From Verrucomicrobiaceae bacterium (GTDB taxonomy: Bacteria > Verrucomicrobiota > Verrucomicrobiia > Verrucomicrobiales > Akkermansiaceae), in the NCBI GenBank assembly GCA_051252135.1, contig JBPOGH010000004.1, positions 1-64,000 on the forward strand: DNA of 64,000 nucleotides, written 5' to 3'. Made by a program: the position numbers and the translations under genes. Under the pieces are notes generated by a model, which made no database searches, had not been told where the DNA came from, and saw only the letters and a program-made list of their open reading frames with translations. Positions 1-9,405 of the stretch are shown here, in pieces. The stretch's first letter is position 1. Every line of letters starts with the position of its first letter.

Positions 1-59
1 ACTCTCTAGCGCCGATGGTAGTGGGACGATAGGTCCTGTGAGAGTAGGTCGTCGCCAGG
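1..59 (+). rRNA. rrf: 5S rRNA, 3' portion (truncated by window start)
   Basis: GCGCCGATGGTAGT...GTGAGAGTAGGTCGTCGCCAGG matches the conserved 3' half of bacterial 5S rRNA; followed by a terminator. Confidence 0.93.
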
Positions 60-63
60 TATA

Positions 64-103
64 AGCCCGGTTCTTTCCAACGAAAGAATCGGGCTCTTTT
101 TTT
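64..103 (+). terminator. Rho-independent terminator after the 5S rRNA
   Basis: stem AGCCCGGTTCTTTC / GAAAGAATCGGGCT, loop CAAC, followed by a T7 run. Confidence 0.9.
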
Positions 104-145
104 GCACTGATCCCTCGTAGATCGGGGAGGGAGACCTTCTGAAAA

Positions 146-754
146 TCAAGGTTTTGAGTAGGGGAGGCGAGCAAGTTCCCGGATGGAAAAATAGGTGTTG
201 AGTGCGGTGGACGCGATCGAACCCTGGCCAGGAAGGTCGAGGGTTCCGTCCTGTCCGAGGGAGTTGTCGGGGAGGTCGATGAGAATGACCTGTCCGACGA
301 TGAGTTTCGTCTGATTGGCCTTGATATCGATGAGGTCTTCAAGCTCAAGGGCGTACCGGATTGGGCACTCGCTGACGAAGGGAGGAATGATATTGGGGTA
401 ATTGAGTTCAGTGAGACCGGTGGCGTCGAATTCCGAAGTGTCATCGGAATAACGGGCGGCGCATTGGTGGGCCTTTTGATAGGTCGAAAGGGTGACTTGG
501 TTGAGTGTCCATGATTTGGTGTCGACGATGTTTCGGAGAGTGTGACGGTCGACAGTATCCGGGCGGGTGACCATGCCGATGAGGAGGGGGGAGGAGCCGA
601 GGTGGGTGATGCTGGAGAAGGGGGCGAGATTGGAGCGACCATCGAGTCCGCGGGTGCCGACGAGGCAGATGGGCTTGGGGCCGGGGAGGGTGGTGGCGAG
701 CTGGACGCGGGCGAGTTTATCGAGTGACTGGTAGTCCGAAGGGGTGAGAAGCAT
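146..754 (-). CDS. flavin reductase family protein (DIM6/NTAB-like)
   Basis: GPKPICLVGT...SNLAPFSS, RHTLRNI, SEFDATGLT motifs; start moved to ATG 754 (MLLTPSDY) to avoid overlap with the upstream gene. Confidence 0.85.
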   Translation of the reverse strand: MLLTPSDYQSLDKLARVQLATTLPGPKPICLVGTRGLDGRSNLAPFSSITHLGSSPLLIGMVTRPDTVDRHTLRNIVDTKSWTLNQVTLSTYQKAHQCAARYSDDTSEFDATGLTELNYPNIIPPFVSECPIRYALELEDLIDIKANQTKLIVGQVILIDLPDNSLGQDGTLDLPGQGSIASTALNTYFSIRELARLPYSKP

Positions 755-806
755 AGGCAATGATTGGCGAGATTGAATGAATCGCAAATGAGTTTTTGGG
801 CGGGAA

Positions 807-1814
807 TTAGAACACTCCCTGACCTCCAATCATCGTCCAGCCTTCGAAATCGACAACCCAAGTCGGCTCGCATTCGACACCACAGGTCCAAAAGGTTGCC
901 TCTGCCTCACTTATTGGCTCCTCGGGGATGGTGATGAAGAAATATCCCTCTCCCGGGATGGGCCAATAGGCCTCCTTTTCGTAGGAGATGATCTGCTCTT
1001 CAACGCCTTTGGCAATCTCGGTCAGGATTGCCGGCCAGCGTTCTCGAATTAGGGAATAGTTCTGTTTTGCGTTTGTGCTCCAGGATTCCTCCGTTTGGAA
1101 CACGAGGTCGTATTCACCGTGCCCAACCCAGGTGATTTTTGTGCGGTAGACTTCGATCTCGTAGTCTTCTACGGAGGATACGGAAATCTCGCTGAGGGCG
1201 GGGAGAGGGGAAACGTCTGACACTACATGTGGCTTAATCGTTGAGTCGGTGAGAGCGGGATGTTCCGTAGGGTTCAGCTCGACCGCTTCGAAGGCCTCAC
1301 GGAGTCTTTTTTCATAGGCTCTGAAGACATCCTCTCTGAGATCATCTCCTTTAGCCTCTTGCTCTACGATCAGCCAAAAGCCACCGCGGGACATGGTATA
1401 CGAAAGCATGGCACCACTTTCGATTGAGTAGGCCAGGGGATTTTCGCAAAGATGTTGAACGTATTGCTGGTAGCCAGGGAGTGCCATGCGTTCTTTCAGT
1501 GCTGAGTCAGCTTTTTGTGAGCCTCCCATCCAAACAATCCGAGCCGATACTTCCGGACCATTGTTCCCCTTTTGATATCGGAACTTGGAAATCTCGTTGG
1601 AATAAGGAGCCGCCCGTTTCCAGTCCGGACCTATTTGCGAGGGAGCGAGGTCGAGGGCGACGATGTCCTGGTGAGGGTGAATGATGTTCACGTCGAGAGG
1701 AGGGGCGGTCGGATCTTCTTTAGATGAATCAGCATCGACGTTCGTTGATGAGTTCGACTTGCACGAGAGCAAGAATAGTGGAGAGGAAATGATGAAACAA
1801 ACGAGAGCCTTCAT
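807..1814 (-). CDS. hypothetical lipoprotein
   Basis: 335 aa ORF, lipobox FLLS-C; starts 1 bp after the DUF1552 stop; lacks the usual codon skew. Confidence 0.7.
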   Translation of the reverse strand: MKALVCFIISSPLFLLSCKSNSSTNVDADSSKEDPTAPPLDVNIIHPHQDIVALDLAPSQIGPDWKRAAPYSNEISKFRYQKGNNGPEVSARIVWMGGSQKADSALKERMALPGYQQYVQHLCENPLAYSIESGAMLSYTMSRGGFWLIVEQEAKGDDLREDVFRAYEKRLREAFEAVELNPTEHPALTDSTIKPHVVSDVSPLPALSEISVSSVEDYEIEVYRTKITWVGHGEYDLVFQTEESWSTNAKQNYSLIRERWPAILTEIAKGVEEQIISYEKEAYWPIPGEGYFFITIPEEPISEAEATFWTCGVECEPTWVVDFEGWTMIGGQGVF

Positions 1815-1815
1815 A

Positions 1816-3216
1816 TTAGGCGATGACTTTATCCACGAGTTTCGCGGGACGATTGTCGGGGCCGAGTTTGGCTTTGGTGCCGGTGGTTTGGATGAGGGTG
1901 TTGTAGAGGTCGAGGCCTTCGGAATTGACGTCTAGGATTTGGCCGGTTTTTAGGCGGCCGCCATTGGAGGTGGTGGCGTGGAAGACGCCGGAGAGTTCGC
2001 GTTTGGTGTCGTTGTGACGGCCGTCGCCGGACTCGGTGGAGATAGTGAGGAGGAGGTTGTCGAGGAGGGTTTTACCGTTGGCCTCGCGGGTGTCATCGGC
2101 ATCTAACAGGTTAAGGAAGTGGGCGAGCTCGCGCATTTTGAAATGGGCATGGGCGCGGAGTTGCTCATTCTTTTTGTCCTCTCGAAATTGGTGCCACCAT
2201 TCGTGGGAGCAGCCTTTGTCGCCGGAAGCGTTGAGCTGGGCGGCGTCATCGAAGTGGTAGATTTTTTTCCCCTCGTAATGGTAGTCACCTTTGAGGCGGA
2301 TGCGCTCACCGGCGGCGAGGAAGGTGAGGGAGCCGAAGCGGGCGCGGTCGGTCTGGATGGAGAGGGCGTAGAGCTCGGACATGAGGCGCCACTCGCGGGT
2401 GAGTTCTTCGACGGTGATGTCGATGCCTTGTCCTCCGGGGTCGGCTTTTCCTCCGTGGGGGAGTTCGGAGGCGGGCGGTTGATCGGGGGCGTTTTGGTCG
2501 ACTTCGAACTGGAAGGCGCGCTGTTCGTATTCGCGGATGCGATCGAGGTGATCTTTGAAGCGGCCTTTGGAGGTTTCGCCGAGGGGCGAGTTTTTTCCGG
2601 AGAGGTGTTTGTATTGTTCGAGGACGGAATCGAGGACGCTACGCTGGAGTCGGGCGTCGGCCTCACTGATGCCGTCGATCCCTTTGATACGGCCGAAGAC
2701 GCGAGCGAAGAGGTCGATGGGGCGCTCCTGCATGGTGGCGGCGACGGTACCATCGGGATTGTAAGAATGGACGTAGCGAGAGATGCGGCTGCGTCGGAAA
2801 AAGGTGCCGGCGACGAGAGTGGGGACGGTGCCGGAGGGCTGGCCGTTGGGGTAGTGGGCGTGGCGGAGGACTTGGTCGATGGAAGCGCCGCCGGACTTGG
2901 CTTCGCCATCGGGCTTGGTGGCGGTGAAGGCGGCAGAGGCGCCATCGAAGTGGGCGTTGATGCCGTTTTCATCGGCGCGGACGTGGTCGATGCCACGCAT
3001 GATGAGGAGCTTGTCGGCGAGGGGCTTGAGAGGCGCCATGGGGCCATCGAAGCCTTCGGTTTGGAGAGGGGCGGGGATGCCGAGGCCGAAAAAGAGATTG
3101 AAGGCGCGGATGGGGATTTCCGGAGTGGGAGCGGATTTGGCGAAGGCCATTTCTTCGAAGAAGGGAAGGCCGATGGTGGTGCCGGCGAGGGAGCGGAGGA
3201 GGTGGCGGCGGTTCAT
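1816..3216 (-). CDS. DUF1552 domain protein (Tat-like N-terminus)
   Basis: MNRRHLLRSLAGTTIGLPFFEEM, SIDQV, SVLDSV, HLDRIREYE, GKTLLDN motifs typical of DUF1552; start at ATG 3216. Confidence 0.85.
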   Translation of the reverse strand: MNRRHLLRSLAGTTIGLPFFEEMAFAKSAPTPEIPIRAFNLFFGLGIPAPLQTEGFDGPMAPLKPLADKLLIMRGIDHVRADENGINAHFDGASAAFTATKPDGEAKSGGASIDQVLRHAHYPNGQPSGTVPTLVAGTFFRRSRISRYVHSYNPDGTVAATMQERPIDLFARVFGRIKGIDGISEADARLQRSVLDSVLEQYKHLSGKNSPLGETSKGRFKDHLDRIREYEQRAFQFEVDQNAPDQPPASELPHGGKADPGGQGIDITVEELTREWRLMSELYALSIQTDRARFGSLTFLAAGERIRLKGDYHYEGKKIYHFDDAAQLNASGDKGCSHEWWHQFREDKKNEQLRAHAHFKMRELAHFLNLLDADDTREANGKTLLDNLLLTISTESGDGRHNDTKRELSGVFHATTSNGGRLKTGQILDVNSEGLDLYNTLIQTTGTKAKLGPDNRPAKLVDKVIA

Positions 3217-3226
3217 TTTGGATGGA

Positions 3227-3327
3227 GGCTTGGTTGATGGGGGATCCGCAGATTTCGCAGATTGTCGCAGATTTTGATTGGGTTGAGGGGCTTGGGTTGT
3301 GGACGTTAGGCTGGAAGCCAACGCTCC
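3227..3327 (+). repeat. intergenic mosaic array 1 (linker, CGCAGATT x3, linker, REP-like hairpin)
   Basis: GGCTTGGTTG 3227; CGCAGATT three times 3247-3273; GGGCTTGGGTTG 3288; CGTTAGGCTGGAAGCCAACGCTCC 3304-3327. Confidence 0.8.
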
Positions 3328-3330
3328 TTA

Positions 3331-5814
3331 TTATTCGCTGATGAGGGGGGAGGAGGCGAGGGAAATGATGAGGTCCTGGTAGGTGAGATTTGGTTTGGTG
3401 AGGGACTGGAGGTGGGGGCGGTCGGTGGTGGCGAGGGGGCGGCCGAGGGCGAATTGGGCGAGTTTCCAGGCGATGTTTTCGGAGACGCGTGAGCTGTTGG
3501 CGAGGAGGGTCATGAGTTCGGGGGCGGTTTGATATTTTACGAGAGTGGGAGCGCCGGGGATGAGGATTTCGCCGTCCTGGCGGAGGTCGTTTTTGTGGTG
3601 ATCTTTTAGCGAGTAGCGGGCGATGCCATCGTAGCGCTCGAGGGCGAAGGAGAGGGGTTCGAATTTGGAATGACAGCCGGCGCAGGAGTTATCGGCGAGG
3701 CGCTCGAGGGCGATGGATCGCTGGGAGAGGCCGGGCTTGCTGGGGACGGGGGTGGTGTCGACGGTGGGGGGAGGATCGTTGACGGTGCCACGGAGAATGC
3801 TGTGGAGGACGAAGAGGCCGCGGGTGACCATGGAGGCTTCATCGCCGCCGATGGTGAGGAGGGAGCCTTGGGTGAGGAGGCCGCCGCGCTCGGGGTTTTT
3901 AGAGAGGTCGTATTGGGTGAACTCGCTTTGTTTTCCAACGGGGTTGGGCGTGAGGCCGTAGTGTTTTGCGAGGCGTGGGGTGAGGAAGGTGACTTGGGCA
4001 TCGAGGAGGTCGGCGAGGGGGCGCTTTTTTTCCCAGAGGATGTGTTGGGCGAAGGCGAGGGTTTCGTGGCGCATGTCTTGGGCGAGGGCGGGGTCCCAGT
4101 CGGGGAATTTTTCTGTACCGGGATTGAGGTGATTGAGTCGGTCGAGGTGGAGCCATTCGGAGATGAAGTGGAGCATTTGGGCGCGGGCGCGCGGGTCGTC
4201 GAGGAGGCGGCGGGTTTGCTTTTCGACTTCGGCGGTGTTGTGGAGGGAGCCGTTTGAGGCGGCATCCATGAGTTGTTTGTCGGGTGGGCTGCCGAGGGTG
4301 AGGTAGCTGAGGCGGGAGGCGATTTGGTAGGCGTCGGGTGCGCCCTCGGTCTCGACGCGGTAGAGGAAGCGCGGGGACTGGAGCATGGCGCGGATGATGT
4401 AGGCCATGGCTTGATCGAAATCGCCGCCGCCTGAGCCGACGGTGGTGGCGACGCCCTGGAAGAGGTCGATCTCATCGTCGTTGAGCGGTCCGCGGAAGAA
4501 GTGTTTTCCGATGGCTGCGATGTGGGTGCGGAGGGGTTTTTGGGTGAGGCTGCGGTTTGTGGAGAAGACGCGGGCGAACTCGGCGACGTTGATTTTTGAG
4601 ACGATGGTGTCGGCGAGGCGGGCGTGGGCCTGGATGTGCTTGAGGTCGATACCGAGGTTGTAGGCGGTGTTGGAGAAGCCATCGGCGCGGAGGTCTGGCG
4701 GGAGGAGTTCTTTAGCTTCCTTGCGGATGCTGACTCCGGTGGTGGCCATGACGGTGTTGCCGTATTCGCGGACGGTGAGGCGGCGGGGATATTCGAGGGG
4801 TTTGGTGTGGAGGGTGTGGGCGGCGGGGTCAATGGTGGAGCCGGGCCAGGCGGCTCCGGTGGTGATCCATTCTTTGAGGTGCGCTTTTTCCTGATCGGAG
4901 AGCGGGTCGCGGTCCTCGGGCATCTCGTCTTTTCGGATCATTTTCCAAAGGACGCTTTTTTCGAAGTGGTCGGGGCGGATGATGTCGGGATCGGCGAAGG
5001 CGGTGAGTTTTTGGGAGAGGTCGAAGTCGCCTTCGGCGGTGGCGGCATCGTGGCACTCAAGGCAGTGGCGGGAGAAGATGGGTTCGACGTGGGAGACGAA
5101 GAGGGACTCGCTGCGGAGGCGAGTTTTTTCCGCTTTGGAGAGGATGGGCTCGGGTTTCGTTTCTCCTTTGAAGAGGGTTTGGATTTCCGGCGGGGACAGG
5201 GCGCGGTTGTAGAGCGCGAAGTGGTGGATGGTGCCGAGCCAGGGTCGGTCGTTAGTGAATTCGTTTCCGAAGGCGAGGAGGTAGGAGTCGTCCCAGTTGT
5301 TGAGATCGCCCTTAATGGTGGCGGTGGCGGAGAGTTGGCCGTTGAGGAAGAGGGTGGCTTTGCCATCCGGGCCGCGGGTGAAGGCGACGTGGGTGCGTTG
5401 GGCTTTGAGGGTGGGTTTGGAGTCGAGAGACGGAAGGCCGTTGGTGCTGTTGGATGTGGTGCGGAGGCGGATGGAGATTTTGTTGCCGTCCTGACCGAGG
5501 GTGAGGTTTCGGTTGGAGGAATCTTTTGAGATCGTGAAAATGCGGGCGGGGCCGGCTTGGCCGAGGTTGGCGGGGGTGATCCAGGCGGAGAGAGTGAGGG
5601 CGTTGGATTTTTTAAGGGTGGCAGTGAGTTGGCGGGGTGGTTGCTTGGAGCGGAGGAGAGTGGACTCTTTTAAGGTGAGGCCATTGGGTGAGAAGGAGGC
5701 GTTTGGGGCGTTCTCGAATTCTGCCGGGACGGTCTCGAAGTGGTGCTCGAGGGTGGGTTTTTGGGCTACCGCGACGAGTGGGCAGAGGATGAGGGAGATG
5801 AGGGCGCGGAGCAT
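3331..5814 (-). CDS. LamG + planctomycete-type cytochrome c + DUF1587/1592/1588-type protein
   Basis: signal peptide MLRALISLIL (ATG 5814), LamG-like N-terminus, CxxCH motifs CLECH and CAGCH, RRLT..EY.NT, LQSPRFLYRVE, ASRLSY, ERGGLLTQGS. Confidence 0.85.
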   Translation of the reverse strand: MLRALISLILCPLVAVAQKPTLEHHFETVPAEFENAPNASFSPNGLTLKESTLLRSKQPPRQLTATLKKSNALTLSAWITPANLGQAGPARIFTISKDSSNRNLTLGQDGNKISIRLRTTSNSTNGLPSLDSKPTLKAQRTHVAFTRGPDGKATLFLNGQLSATATIKGDLNNWDDSYLLAFGNEFTNDRPWLGTIHHFALYNRALSPPEIQTLFKGETKPEPILSKAEKTRLRSESLFVSHVEPIFSRHCLECHDAATAEGDFDLSQKLTAFADPDIIRPDHFEKSVLWKMIRKDEMPEDRDPLSDQEKAHLKEWITTGAAWPGSTIDPAAHTLHTKPLEYPRRLTVREYGNTVMATTGVSIRKEAKELLPPDLRADGFSNTAYNLGIDLKHIQAHARLADTIVSKINVAEFARVFSTNRSLTQKPLRTHIAAIGKHFFRGPLNDDEIDLFQGVATTVGSGGGDFDQAMAYIIRAMLQSPRFLYRVETEGAPDAYQIASRLSYLTLGSPPDKQLMDAASNGSLHNTAEVEKQTRRLLDDPRARAQMLHFISEWLHLDRLNHLNPGTEKFPDWDPALAQDMRHETLAFAQHILWEKKRPLADLLDAQVTFLTPRLAKHYGLTPNPVGKQSEFTQYDLSKNPERGGLLTQGSLLTIGGDEASMVTRGLFVLHSILRGTVNDPPPTVDTTPVPSKPGLSQRSIALERLADNSCAGCHSKFEPLSFALERYDGIARYSLKDHHKNDLRQDGEILIPGAPTLVKYQTAPELMTLLANSSRVSENIAWKLAQFALGRPLATTDRPHLQSLTKPNLTYQDLIISLASSPLISE

Positions 5815-5875
5815 GAAGGTATGACCTAAGGAATACTCATGGCGCGGGAGCGGCCTTTCATTGGCGAATGAGGGG

Positions 5876-7531
5876 TCAATCCAACCAGAAGCTGAAGTAG
5901 AGGTAGACGCCGAGGACCATGGTGAGGACGAGGGCGGTGAGGAAGATGTCGGCTTTGGTCCAGCTGTCGCGGATTTCTTTTTTATCTTCGGCGGTGAGGG
6001 AACCGAAGGTGAGGCCGGCGATGGAGTCTTCATCTTGGGCGGGGGCGCTGTAGGATGCGGTGACGATGATGATGACGGAGATGAGGAGGAGGACGCCGGA
6101 GTAGTAGAGGAAGTTGAAGGAGGCGAAGCTGTGGAGGAGGCCTTCGGTGAGTTGGGCTTGGGAGACGTAGGCTTCGATGGCGAGTTTCCCCATGCCGAGG
6201 ATGAAGCCGACGATGAGTCCGGTGAGTGCTCCGCGTGAGTTGACGCGCTTCCAGAAGAGGCCGAGGAGGAAGACGGCGGTGATGGGGGGAGCGAGGTAGC
6301 CTTGGACGGACTGGAGGTATTTGTAGATGCCGCCGCCGGCCATGCCCTTCATGATGGGGATCCAGATGATGCCGCAGATGACGACGGCTCCGGTGGCGAT
6401 GCGTCCGATTTTGACGAGGTGTTGTTCGCTCTTTCCGGGACGGATTTTTTCGTAGATGTCGATGGTGAAGAGGGTGGCGCAGGAGTTGAAGAGGGAAGCG
6501 AGGGAGGACATGAGGGCGGAGAGGAGTCCGGCGACGACCAGGCCCCGGAGGCCGACGGGGAGGAGGGTGGAGACGAGGGTGGGGAAGACTTCGTCGCCGT
6601 TGATATCGCCGCTGGCCTTCAGCGGGATGGCGAGTTCGCCTCGCTGGTGGAGGGCCCAGCCGATGAGGCCGGGGATGAGGAAGATGGCGACGGGCCAGAC
6701 TTTGAGGAAGCCGCCCCAGAGTGCGCCGCGTCGGGCGTCGCGGAGGCCCTTGGCAGCGAGGGTGCGTTGGACGATGTATTGATCGGTGCACCAGTACCAG
6801 ATGCCGATGACGGGGGAGGCGATGAGGATGCCGAGCCAGGGGAAGTCGGGATCGGAGAGGGGGCGCCAGAGGGCGAATTGTTCCTTGTTGGCGCGGCAGG
6901 CTTCCTGGAGTTCGCCCCAGCCGCCGAGTTTTTCGAGGCCGATGTAGGTGATGCAGGCGGAGCCGAGGAGGAGGAGTCCGGTTTGGGCGACTTCGGTGTA
7001 GATGACGGCGCGGAGTCCGCCGAAGATGGTGTAGATGCCGGTGAGGGTGACGGTTGCGAGGGCTCCGATCCAGAAGGCGTTCGGGATTTCGGGGAGGAGG
7101 GCCTCGAAGACGATGGCTCCGGCGTAGACGGTGACGGAGACCTTGGTAAAGACGTAGGCGATGAGGCTGACGACGGAGAGGGTCCAGCGGGTGCGGGAAT
7201 CGAAGCGTTTCTCGAGGAACTCGGGAATGGTGAAGACGCCGGAGCGGTAGTAGAAAGGGACGAAGACCCAGGCGAGGAGGATCATGATCCAGGCGTGGAG
7301 TTCGTAGTGGGCCATGGCCATGCCGGAGGTGGCGCCATTTCCGGCGAGGCCGACGATGTGCTCGGAGCCGATATTGGAGGCAAAGAGGGAGGTGCCGACG
7401 ACGAACCAGCCGGCGTTGCGTCCGGCGAGGAAGAAGTCGGCAGTGGTTTTTTGTTGGCGGGAGGACCACCAGACGATGGCGACGAGACCGAGGAAATAGA
7501 GTGCGACGACGAGCCAGTCCGTTGTTTGCAT
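5876..7531 (-). CDS. sodium:solute symporter (SSS, SGLT-like sugar transporter)
   Basis: FFLAGR, SLFASNIGSEH, WYWCTDQYIVQR, LMSSLASLFNS; about 14 hydrophobic segments; start ATG 7531 or 7552. Confidence 0.93.
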   Translation of the reverse strand: MQTTDWLVVALYFLGLVAIVWWSSRQQKTTADFFLAGRNAGWFVVGTSLFASNIGSEHIVGLAGNGATSGMAMAHYELHAWIMILLAWVFVPFYYRSGVFTIPEFLEKRFDSRTRWTLSVVSLIAYVFTKVSVTVYAGAIVFEALLPEIPNAFWIGALATVTLTGIYTIFGGLRAVIYTEVAQTGLLLLGSACITYIGLEKLGGWGELQEACRANKEQFALWRPLSDPDFPWLGILIASPVIGIWYWCTDQYIVQRTLAAKGLRDARRGALWGGFLKVWPVAIFLIPGLIGWALHQRGELAIPLKASGDINGDEVFPTLVSTLLPVGLRGLVVAGLLSALMSSLASLFNSCATLFTIDIYEKIRPGKSEQHLVKIGRIATGAVVICGIIWIPIMKGMAGGGIYKYLQSVQGYLAPPITAVFLLGLFWKRVNSRGALTGLIVGFILGMGKLAIEAYVSQAQLTEGLLHSFASFNFLYYSGVLLLISVIIIVTASYSAPAQDEDSIAGLTFGSLTAEDKKEIRDSWTKADIFLTALVLTMVLGVYLYFSFWLD

Positions 7532-7749
7532 GAGACAGGGAGTCTCTAACATGGAGAGGGAGGGGTGAAGTCAGAAATGGGCTAGGGTCTACGGGCTTTG
7601 CCTGCGGCTGTTGGGTTGTGGAGAGAGGACTTGATTCTTGACGGGATGTTCGTGGGATCAGTAGGATACCCAATGGCTCTTAATGGGGGAAAAAGTGGGG
7701 TGCATTCCATCCCGACTCCGATGGGCTTCCTCACTGTTCGGTCTAGAAA

Positions 7750-8214
7750 ATGCGTGCTAGCGTAAAACTCTTTTCCATCATTCCGGGCGTTCTTCGATTG
7801 GCGTGGGCTCTGCTTCTCGCCGGAACGGTTCTGTTGGCGAGTGGATACTTCATGTATTCACCGTGGCAGAGCTACGTCGGCCTGGGATGTGTGATATTTG
7901 GCTATTTGATCGCGATTTTCGACATGTTCTGCAGGAAGCGCCATAGAGGAGAGGCTTCAGCTTTCTATGCCGGAGCGATCACCGCGCCTCTTATCGCTTC
8001 TTTTCTTATCCTGTTTATTGCGCTTCTTGGCGCCTTGGTGCTTGCGGTCAAATCGATGATTAGCGGATATTCCGCCGCACACGCGATCCGCCTTCTCCAT
8101 TTTCTCGGGATCATCTTCGCTTTTCTCGTTGTTTCCGGAATCCCGGGGCTGGCTCTCAGGGCACGACAGAAAGTGAAGAACGGGACCGGGCAAGGCGGCG
8201 ATTCCAAGGCCTGA
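7750..8214 (+). CDS. hypothetical membrane protein (about 4 TM)
   Basis: 154 aa hydrophobic ORF with atypical composition. Confidence 0.65.
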   Translation: MRASVKLFSIIPGVLRLAWALLLAGTVLLASGYFMYSPWQSYVGLGCVIFGYLIAIFDMFCRKRHRGEASAFYAGAITAPLIASFLILFIALLGALVLAVKSMISGYSAAHAIRLLHFLGIIFAFLVVSGIPGLALRARQKVKNGTGQGGDSKA

Positions 8215-8310
8215 CTCGACGCGAATTCAATTCACCATGATCATTCAACCATCAAATCAGAAATCGGAGGGCGCCCTCGGTCGGGCGTAGGATGATTTTG
8301 AGGCATTCTT
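8186..8310 (+). repeat. degenerate attC-like imperfect inverted repeat
   Basis: CCAAGGCCTGAC(T)CGA 8204-8219 pairs imperfectly with TCGGTCGGGCGTAGG 8277-8291 with one bulged base; overlaps the upstream stop and ends 4 bp before the next ATG. Confidence 0.45.
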
Positions 8311-8314
8311 AAAT

Positions 8315-8758
8315 ATGGCAGACATTCCGATTAACGAGCCTGATGGATCCGAGCCATCGGGTATTTGCCTTGGGAATCGTTCCCGATTGATCGACCGCTA
8401 CCAGATCGACGCGATGATCGCTTTGAAATATTTTTCGGAAGATTTACCGGTTTGCGATGATGAGACCGCACGCGATGCGGAGGCGGTTGGGCATGTTCGA
8501 AGCTGTCCGAAGTGCAGAGCGTGGATTAGTCATGTCATTCCGAAATCCATTCTCCGACGGCAGCAACGTCTCACCCGCTATTGTTGTGCCAGGATGTTTG
8601 TGGCGGTGGAGGAGCCCGATGGAGCAAAAAACCATATTCAGTTTGAGCTATTTCGTAATGAAGATCCGTGTTGGAAGATTGATGGGAAATGGTCATTCAT
8701 TTCCCATTGCCCCTGGTGTGGCACGAAGCTGCCGAAGGAGCCATTTCTCACGGATTAA
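8315..8758 (+). CDS. small Cys-rich hypothetical protein (DUF6980-like C-terminal half)
   Basis: HVRSCPKC, YCCARM and ISHCPWCGTKLP motifs. Confidence 0.7.
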   Translation: MADIPINEPDGSEPSGICLGNRSRLIDRYQIDAMIALKYFSEDLPVCDDETARDAEAVGHVRSCPKCRAWISHVIPKSILRRQQRLTRYCCARMFVAVEEPDGAKNHIQFELFRNEDPCWKIDGKWSFISHCPWCGTKLPKEPFLTD

Positions 8759-8896
8759 CGACGTGGAACGGGGATGATTGCGAGGTGGGGGAGCGAGCGG
8801 GAGGAGGTGCTGAGATGATTGAAGTGAACTTTTGGTTGTTGCGAGATTTTGTGGGATGGAGGATTGGTTTAGTTCACCGGAAGATCGGATTGAACC

Positions 8897-9397
8897 ATGA
8901 GTGCCATCGAAATACGCCTGCTTCGCTCGGGAGACTGCGATGAAATTGGCCCCTTGCTGCGGGAGGTCTGGCTTGATGCCTATCACGGGATTCAGACGGA
9001 GGAGGAGCTTATGGCGCAGTCCTACAAGGTGCACACGCCCGAGCAAATCGCAGAGGAGATCGACGATCCGAACATTCACAGTGTGGTGGCGGTGAGTGAG
9101 GGGAGAATCGTGGGGCATGCGCGCAGCGATCTCATTGACGGAGTGGTGGAGATTTTTCGACTCTATCTCTTGCGTGAGTTTTACGGGCAAGGAATCGGGA
9201 AGGAGCTACTCCGTGAGGTCGATGGTTATTTTGACCCCAAGTATGAGGTGTGGCTCGATGTGTTTGAGGACAATGAGCGGGCGGTGAATTTTTATTTGTC
9301 GCAGGGATATGAGATCATGAGGCGGGCGACGGAAGTGCAGTCCGAGGGGCGGGATGTCTTCGAGTATAAGATGCGCAAGCAGCGGGCTGAGGGGTGA
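8897..9397 (+). CDS. GNAT family N-acetyltransferase
   Basis: RLYLLREFYGQGIGKELL (motif A), VFEDNERAVNFYLSQGY (motif B). Confidence 0.9.
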   Translation: MSAIEIRLLRSGDCDEIGPLLREVWLDAYHGIQTEEELMAQSYKVHTPEQIAEEIDDPNIHSVVAVSEGRIVGHARSDLIDGVVEIFRLYLLREFYGQGIGKELLREVDGYFDPKYEVWLDVFEDNERAVNFYLSQGYEIMRRATEVQSEGRDVFEYKMRKQRAEG

Positions 9398-9405
9398 TCC
9401 GGGGG

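Noticed and set aside
1200..1300. Possible eroded attC inside the 807-1814 lipoprotein gene (fusion of two cassettes)
   Set aside because: There is a linker-like peptide there, but I could not find a convincing inverted repeat.
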